The position numbers and the translations under genes are program-made. From Caldisericales bacterium (GTDB lineage Bacteria; Caldisericota; Caldisericia; JAAYUI01): a DNA stretch of 64,000 nt. The notes beneath the pieces were generated by a model. It searched no databases and had not been told where the DNA came from. It was given only the letters and a program-made list of their open reading frames with translations. This document shows positions 59,638 through 64,000 of this stretch, piece after piece (the first letter of the stretch is position 1; each line of letters begins with the position of its first letter). The stretch is taken from assembly GCA_022707885.1 (NCBI GenBank), contig JAKIZT010000004.1, positions 12,243-76,242 of the forward strand. The letters are read 5' to 3'.

Positions 59638-60306
59638 ATGCTCGATGTGATGTCGGTCACAAAGTCATACCCGGGTAAAATGGCACTTTCCAATGTATCT
59701 TTCGAACTAAAAAAGGGTGAATTTGCTTTTCTCATGGGTTCATCTGGTTCTGGTAAAAGCACGCTTCTCAAACTCATCTACGCCGCAGAGCAGCCAACTT
59801 CAGGCAGAATCTTTCTAGAAAACAAAGACGTATCAAAACTTTCACCATACAGAACTGCACTCCTGCGCAGAAGGATTGGCATAGTCTTCCAGGACTTCAA
59901 GCTCATCTCCACAAAAACAGTTTGGGAAAATGTTGCATTTGCCATGGAAGTGCAAGGAGCAGCCAGCAGGAACATAAAACACAAGGTCGCCGAAGTCCTT
60001 GGATTCGTTGGTTTAAACCTGCGTTCAAGGGATTTTCCAAACATGCTTTCAGGCGGAGAGCAGCAAAGAATAGCTATTGCAAGAGCGCTAGTCAATGATC
60101 CTCCATTGCTCCTGGCAGATGAGCCAACTGGAAACCTCGACTACGAGAACTCACTTTCTGTGCTTGATCTCCTTCTCAAAATCAACACAAGGGGAACTTC
60201 CATCCTCATAGCTACTCACGATAAAAATATGGTGGAGAGCACAAAAAAGAGGATCATAAAGCTGGACCATGGGCAGAAAGTGAGCGACGCAAATGTTCTT
60301 TCGTGA
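59638..60306 (+). CDS. ftsE: Cell-division ATP-binding protein FtsE
   Basis: Walker A GSSGSGKSTLLKLI. Signature LSGGEQQRIAIARALVNDPPLLLADEPTGNLD. Closely parallels E. coli FtsE. Confidence 0.9.
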   Translation: MLDVMSVTKSYPGKMALSNVSFELKKGEFAFLMGSSGSGKSTLLKLIYAAEQPTSGRIFLENKDVSKLSPYRTALLRRRIGIVFQDFKLISTKTVWENVAFAMEVQGAASRNIKHKVAEVLGFVGLNLRSRDFPNMLSGGEQQRIAIARALVNDPPLLLADEPTGNLDYENSLSVLDLLLKINTRGTSILIATHDKNMVESTKKRIIKLDHGQKVSDANVLS

Positions 60307-61177
60307 GCTGGCCTGGGCGTTCAAATCAATCTTCAGATCTAAAGCAAGATCAACAGCTGCAATAGCTGTCACCGCAGTCACTATTTTTCTTATGAGTACG
60401 ACCCTTCTTCTTGGAATAGCCGGGGCAAATTTTGGCAGAACTGCACGCGAAAGGTTTACACTCCCTGTTTATCTAAGCCCGAATGCGGATTCCAACATCG
60501 CACAAAATATGTCCGAGCAGATAAAACTCTTGCCAAACGTGAAAAACGTAAAAATACTCACTCCTGATGACCTGCTGGAAAAAGAGGGCGAGTCACTCCA
60601 TCTTTCACCAGAGCAGATAATCCAATCCATTTCATACAATCCTCTTCCATACAGCCTTGTTGTGGTTCCAGAAAATCCACAAAACATCGACACTCTGGCA
60701 ACAAGGATCAAACAGTTCACAATGGTTGAGGACGTTGATTACGAATCAGATGTCATAAACAAGTTTGTCAACCTTTTCGATCTGTTCATCTGGATAGCCC
60801 TTGGCCTGGCAGTGCTTTCCATTCTTGTTTCAAGTATTGTCATTGGATCAACCATATCACTTTCAATTGCATCCAGGATTGAGGAAATTGAAGTGATGAG
60901 CTTTGTTGGCGCTTCTCCTGGCACAATCCTTGGCCCTTTCATCATAGAAGGTGTTTTCTACGGGTTGATTGGCGGTGGAATCTCGGCAGCCGGAATATAT
61001 TTCGGCTGGAAATATCTCCAGACAATTTTTCAAACAAACCTTCCCTGGTTTAATCTGTCAATCGGGCAAACAATTTTTTACTCAATAGTGGCCGGAACTG
61101 TTGTTTTTGGCTTTTTGACCGGCCTTATCACAAGCTGGCTTTCTTCCAGAAACACGCTCAGGAGGATAAGAGCTTGA
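60293..61177 (+). CDS. ftsX: Cell-division permease FtsX
   Basis: N-terminal TM, extracytoplasmic domain, and three C-terminal TM helices. Overlaps ftsE. Confidence 0.85.
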   Translation: MFFRELAWAFKSIFRSKARSTAAIAVTAVTIFLMSTTLLLGIAGANFGRTARERFTLPVYLSPNADSNIAQNMSEQIKLLPNVKNVKILTPDDLLEKEGESLHLSPEQIIQSISYNPLPYSLVVVPENPQNIDTLATRIKQFTMVEDVDYESDVINKFVNLFDLFIWIALGLAVLSILVSSIVIGSTISLSIASRIEEIEVMSFVGASPGTILGPFIIEGVFYGLIGGGISAAGIYFGWKYLQTIFQTNLPWFNLSIGQTIFYSIVAGTVVFGFLTGLITSWLSSRNTLRRIRA

Positions 61178-62334
61178 AAAAAATTATTCCTGCGCTTCTA
61201 GCATGTCTGATTGCCTTTTCGAGTACTCCACTTGTAAAAGCTGGGAATCTCCAGGATGAGCTCAGGAGTATCAATAACCGCATCATCACAAACAAGAGAA
61301 AGCTCTCGGAAACAAAGAAATATCAGGATGTGCTCAGTGTCAAAGAGAAATCAAAACTCGATGAACAAACAAAGGTGAAAAGTCTCCTTGATGAGTATGA
61401 AACAAAAACTGCCAGTACCCAACAAGAGATAGTCGAAACCGTAAAAAGGATTGAAGAAGCAAGAAAAAATATGGAAACCAAAGGGAGGGAACTGGATAAA
61501 AAGCGTGATGAAGTCGGAAAATTGCTGACTTTTGTCCACAAGTTCTCCCAAAATAGATTTATAGACTACGTTTTTTCTGCCGAAAGTTTCTCCGAACTGA
61601 CCGGAAGGGCCAGATTTACCAACAAAATTCTCAATGGTACTGTGAAAGCGATAATGGATCTTCACCTCGAATCGCTAAGAATAGAAACCGCGAGACAAAA
61701 CCTCGAAAAAGACAAGCAAAAACTTGCAGAGTTAAAAACCGAATACAAAACCCAGGTTGAAAGATATGGAAGTCTCAAAAAAAAGAATGATCAGGTTTTA
61801 AACGATATCAAAAACCAGAAACAGTGGACAAAAGATGAACTGATAAGGATACAACGGCAACTTGATAACGATCAGGCCCAAGTAAAAATCATCCTCAAAA
61901 AAATTGCTGAAGAGGAAGAAAGACGAAAAAGGGCGGCCTACAAAGGTGCTTACATGTGGCCGATACCGGTAAACGGTCCCATTGGTCATTTCGGTATGAG
62001 AAAGCACCCAATCTTTGGCGATGTAAGGATGCACACTGGAATTGATATTGATGCAAAGATGGGTGCGCCAATTATGGCTGCTGGAGATGGCTTTGTTGGA
62101 TTTGTTGGTCAGCTTGGTGGGTATGGTAACCTTGTTATTCTAAGCCATGGAAACGGCATAACGACATTTTACGCCCACATGTCAAGGTTCGGGTGCTCAA
62201 AGGGACAACAGGTCAAAAAAGGCCAGGTTATTGGATATATCGGTTCCACAGGCTGGAGCACCGGCCCACACCTTCATTTTGAATATAGGGTCAATGATAA
62301 ACCCATGAATCCTTTGAATTACTTGCCAAGGTGA
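61174..62334 (+). CDS. Coiled-coil M23 peptidase (EnvC-like murein hydrolase activator/peptidase)
   Basis: Signal peptide, long coiled coil, and a C-terminal M23 domain HTGIDIDAKMGAPIMAAGDGFV...HLHFE. Confidence 0.8.
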   Translation: MKKIIPALLACLIAFSSTPLVKAGNLQDELRSINNRIITNKRKLSETKKYQDVLSVKEKSKLDEQTKVKSLLDEYETKTASTQQEIVETVKRIEEARKNMETKGRELDKKRDEVGKLLTFVHKFSQNRFIDYVFSAESFSELTGRARFTNKILNGTVKAIMDLHLESLRIETARQNLEKDKQKLAELKTEYKTQVERYGSLKKKNDQVLNDIKNQKQWTKDELIRIQRQLDNDQAQVKIILKKIAEEEERRKRAAYKGAYMWPIPVNGPIGHFGMRKHPIFGDVRMHTGIDIDAKMGAPIMAAGDGFVGFVGQLGGYGNLVILSHGNGITTFYAHMSRFGCSKGQQVKKGQVIGYIGSTGWSTGPHLHFEYRVNDKPMNPLNYLPR

Positions 62335-62335
62335 G

Positions 62336-63508
62336 ATGATGAGAGAAAACAGATATACATTTTGGGTAACAATCTCGACATTCCTGATAATCGTTTTTGG
62401 TCTGGGAATATTTTGTGGAGTACTTGTAGGTTCCAGGGCGGCAAGATCAACACAGACAAAAATTGATATAAACAACATGCCCTTGCTCAGCAAAACTGTC
62501 CAGGTTGTCATGGACAATTACTACAGGGCAGATCTGGTAACAGAGGAAAACCTTGCAAAAGCAATGCTTTTTGGCCTTGACCCATACTCCACGTTTTTTA
62601 ACAAGGACGAATATAAACTTTTTCAGGATTCAACGGTTGGCAATTATGTTGGAATTGGTGTGACAATAGGCAATGACCAGTCAAAAAGACATGTCATAGT
62701 CCTTCAGGTCTTCGACAAATCCCCTGCCCTTAGGGCTGGTGTCGAAGAAGGCTGGGAGATAGTAAAAATAAACGGCTCAAAACTGAAAAGTACCGATATT
62801 GATTACGTCTCAAGCCTGTTGAAAGGCAAGGAAAATACAAGCATAAACCTAACTTTCCAGCACGATGGCCTGTTTGTTGATAAAACAATCGTCAGAGAAC
62901 AGATAACGATCAATACTGTTTCCTCAAAAAACATAGATAAATACACATACACAAGGCTCAGCAACTTCATGCCACAAAGCTTTGAGGAAATGAAAAATGT
63001 CATAAACAATTTTGAGCTTTCAGGTTCTAAGGGTCTGATACTTGATTTGCGCAGAAACCCTGGAGGTTTTGTAAAATCGTGCATTGACATATCAAACCTC
63101 TTCCTGGAGCCAGGAACACTCGCATTTACCAAAGACCAGGCGGGAAGAACGGAGGAAATCAAAACGAGTGGCATCAGATTCGAGAAACCACTTGTTGTGC
63201 TTGTTGATCATTTTACGGCATCAGCCTCTGAAGTTCTTACCGGAGCGCTTCAAGACAGAGGTGTTGCAACAGTCGTAGGCACAAGGACTTTTGGAAAAGG
63301 GCTCATACAAAACATCATACCAGTTCCCCCATTTGGGGTCATAAAACTGACGATACAAAGCTATCTGACCCCAAACAGGAACGAGGTTGATGTTGTCGGA
63401 ATCAAGCCCGATGTAGAGGTTTCGGAAGGTGTTGACAACTTCTATCCACTTGATCCAAAGGAAGACCCCTTTATCCAAAAAGCTATCGAAATCCTCAAGG
63501 AGAAGTAA
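62336..63508 (+). CDS. ctpA: Carboxyl-terminal processing protease (S41) with PDZ domain
   Basis: GIGVTIG (PDZ). GLILDLRRNPGG, with catalytic Ser/Lys in ASASEV...TFGKG. Confidence 0.85.
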   Translation: MMRENRYTFWVTISTFLIIVFGLGIFCGVLVGSRAARSTQTKIDINNMPLLSKTVQVVMDNYYRADLVTEENLAKAMLFGLDPYSTFFNKDEYKLFQDSTVGNYVGIGVTIGNDQSKRHVIVLQVFDKSPALRAGVEEGWEIVKINGSKLKSTDIDYVSSLLKGKENTSINLTFQHDGLFVDKTIVREQITINTVSSKNIDKYTYTRLSNFMPQSFEEMKNVINNFELSGSKGLILDLRRNPGGFVKSCIDISNLFLEPGTLAFTKDQAGRTEEIKTSGIRFEKPLVVLVDHFTASASEVLTGALQDRGVATVVGTRTFGKGLIQNIIPVPPFGVIKLTIQSYLTPNRNEVDVVGIKPDVEVSEGVDNFYPLDPKEDPFIQKAIEILKEK

Positions 63509-63511
63509 AAC

Positions 63512-64000
63512 ATGAACTGGCACAGTATTCCACTGGACGAAACCCTAAAGACAATCAATGCAACTCTTCAAGGTCTCAGCTCAAAGGACTCAAAAAACAG
63601 GCTTGAAAAGTATGGCCCCAATGAAATATCTGCAAAAGAACGTTCATCAATTCTCCAGATGGTCATTGAGCAATTCGTGTCGCCGCTCATCCTGATTCTT
63701 TTGGCTGCATGTATTTTTTCAATCATCCAGGGCGAGTGGGTCGATGCCATAGCAATCATAACTGTTCTGGTGGCAAATGCGACCCTTGGAATAATCCAGC
63801 AATACAAATCCGAAGGTGCACTGGAAGCACTCAAAAAAATGTCCGCTCCAAAAGCCCACGTTTTCAGAGACGGCTCAATCCATGAGATACCATCATCTGA
63901 GGTAGTCCCCGGCGATCTCGTGATACTTTCAGCAGGAGATCTCGTTCCCGCCGATCTAAGACTTGTTGAAACTATCAACCTCGCATGTAATGAAGCGATC
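63512..64000 (+). CDS. P-type cation-transporting ATPase (P2-type, Ca2+/Mg2+-like), N-terminal fragment; the gene continues beyond the window end
   Basis: Cation_ATPase_N (LKTINATLQGLSSKDSKNRLEKYGPNEI), TM1-2, and the actuator-domain start (VFRDGSIHEIPSSEVVPGDLV). Not in the ORF track because there is no stop within the window. Confidence 0.8.
   Translation, partial: MNWHSIPLDETLKTINATLQGLSSKDSKNRLEKYGPNEISAKERSSILQMVIEQFVSPLILILLAACIFSIIQGEWVDAIAIITVLVANATLGIIQQYKSEGALEALKKMSAPKAHVFRDGSIHEIPSSEVVPGDLVILSAGDLVPADLRLVETINLACNEAI

Overview
This 64 kb window is a gene-dense bacterial chromosomal segment (about 45% GC, both strands coding) with mostly housekeeping content and one unusual respiratory operon. 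Regulatory and gene-order features look Firmicutes-like: a CIRCE element on groESL, ftsEX followed by an M23 peptidase, YitT, DprA, PASTA domains, Jag, and many 'copper amine oxidase N-terminal-like' (CuAO-N) cell-envelope repeat domains. The exact lineage cannot be fixed from sequence alone.

Housekeeping genes recognised: guaB, rsmD, coaD, sufS-like, uvrC, rpe, leuS, ychF, rluD, cutA, pcrA, rpoD-dnaG, ppdK, the rpmH-rnpA-yidD-yidC-jag-mnmE cluster, dprA, groES-groEL, ftsE-ftsX-envC-like, ctpA, a partial P-type ATPase, and three tRNAs (Ile-GAU, Ala-UGC, Ala-GGC).

The most interesting region is a nine-gene, translationally coupled operon on the minus strand (49348-56216). It encodes a Tat-exported Rieske protein and a cytochrome b6-like protein fused to a 2x[4Fe-4S] ferredoxin domain. 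It also encodes an MvhD-like protein, two HydB/AsrA-like Fe-S proteins, a HydG/FlxA-like FAD/NAD(P)-binding [2Fe-2S] protein, and a second full-length cytochrome b. The second cytochrome b appears to keep only one of the two heme-ligating His pairs and carries a large acidic insertion. Two small membrane proteins complete the operon. This looks like a Rieske/cytochrome b complex hard-wired to a Flx/Hyd-type NAD(P)H/ferredoxin (possibly bifurcating) module.

Other notable features:
- An mglB-mglA Ras-like GTPase pair.
- Tandem TlpA-like thioredoxin lipoprotein paralogs with different codon usage.
- A glutaredoxin-like gene coupled to a ferredoxin:thioredoxin-reductase-catalytic-like/rubredoxin fusion.
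- A roughly 2050-aa surface protein combining an M28 peptidase, CuAO-N stalk repeats, one canonical thioredoxin domain and one single-Cys thioredoxin domain.
- Several other large CuAO-N surface proteins, including one C25/gingipain-like protein and one CAP-domain fusion.
- A UvrC lacking the HhH tail, a YidC with a large N-terminal domain, and an rnpA/yidD overlap with no obvious yidD start codon.

No CRISPR array, rRNA gene or obvious mobile element was seen.
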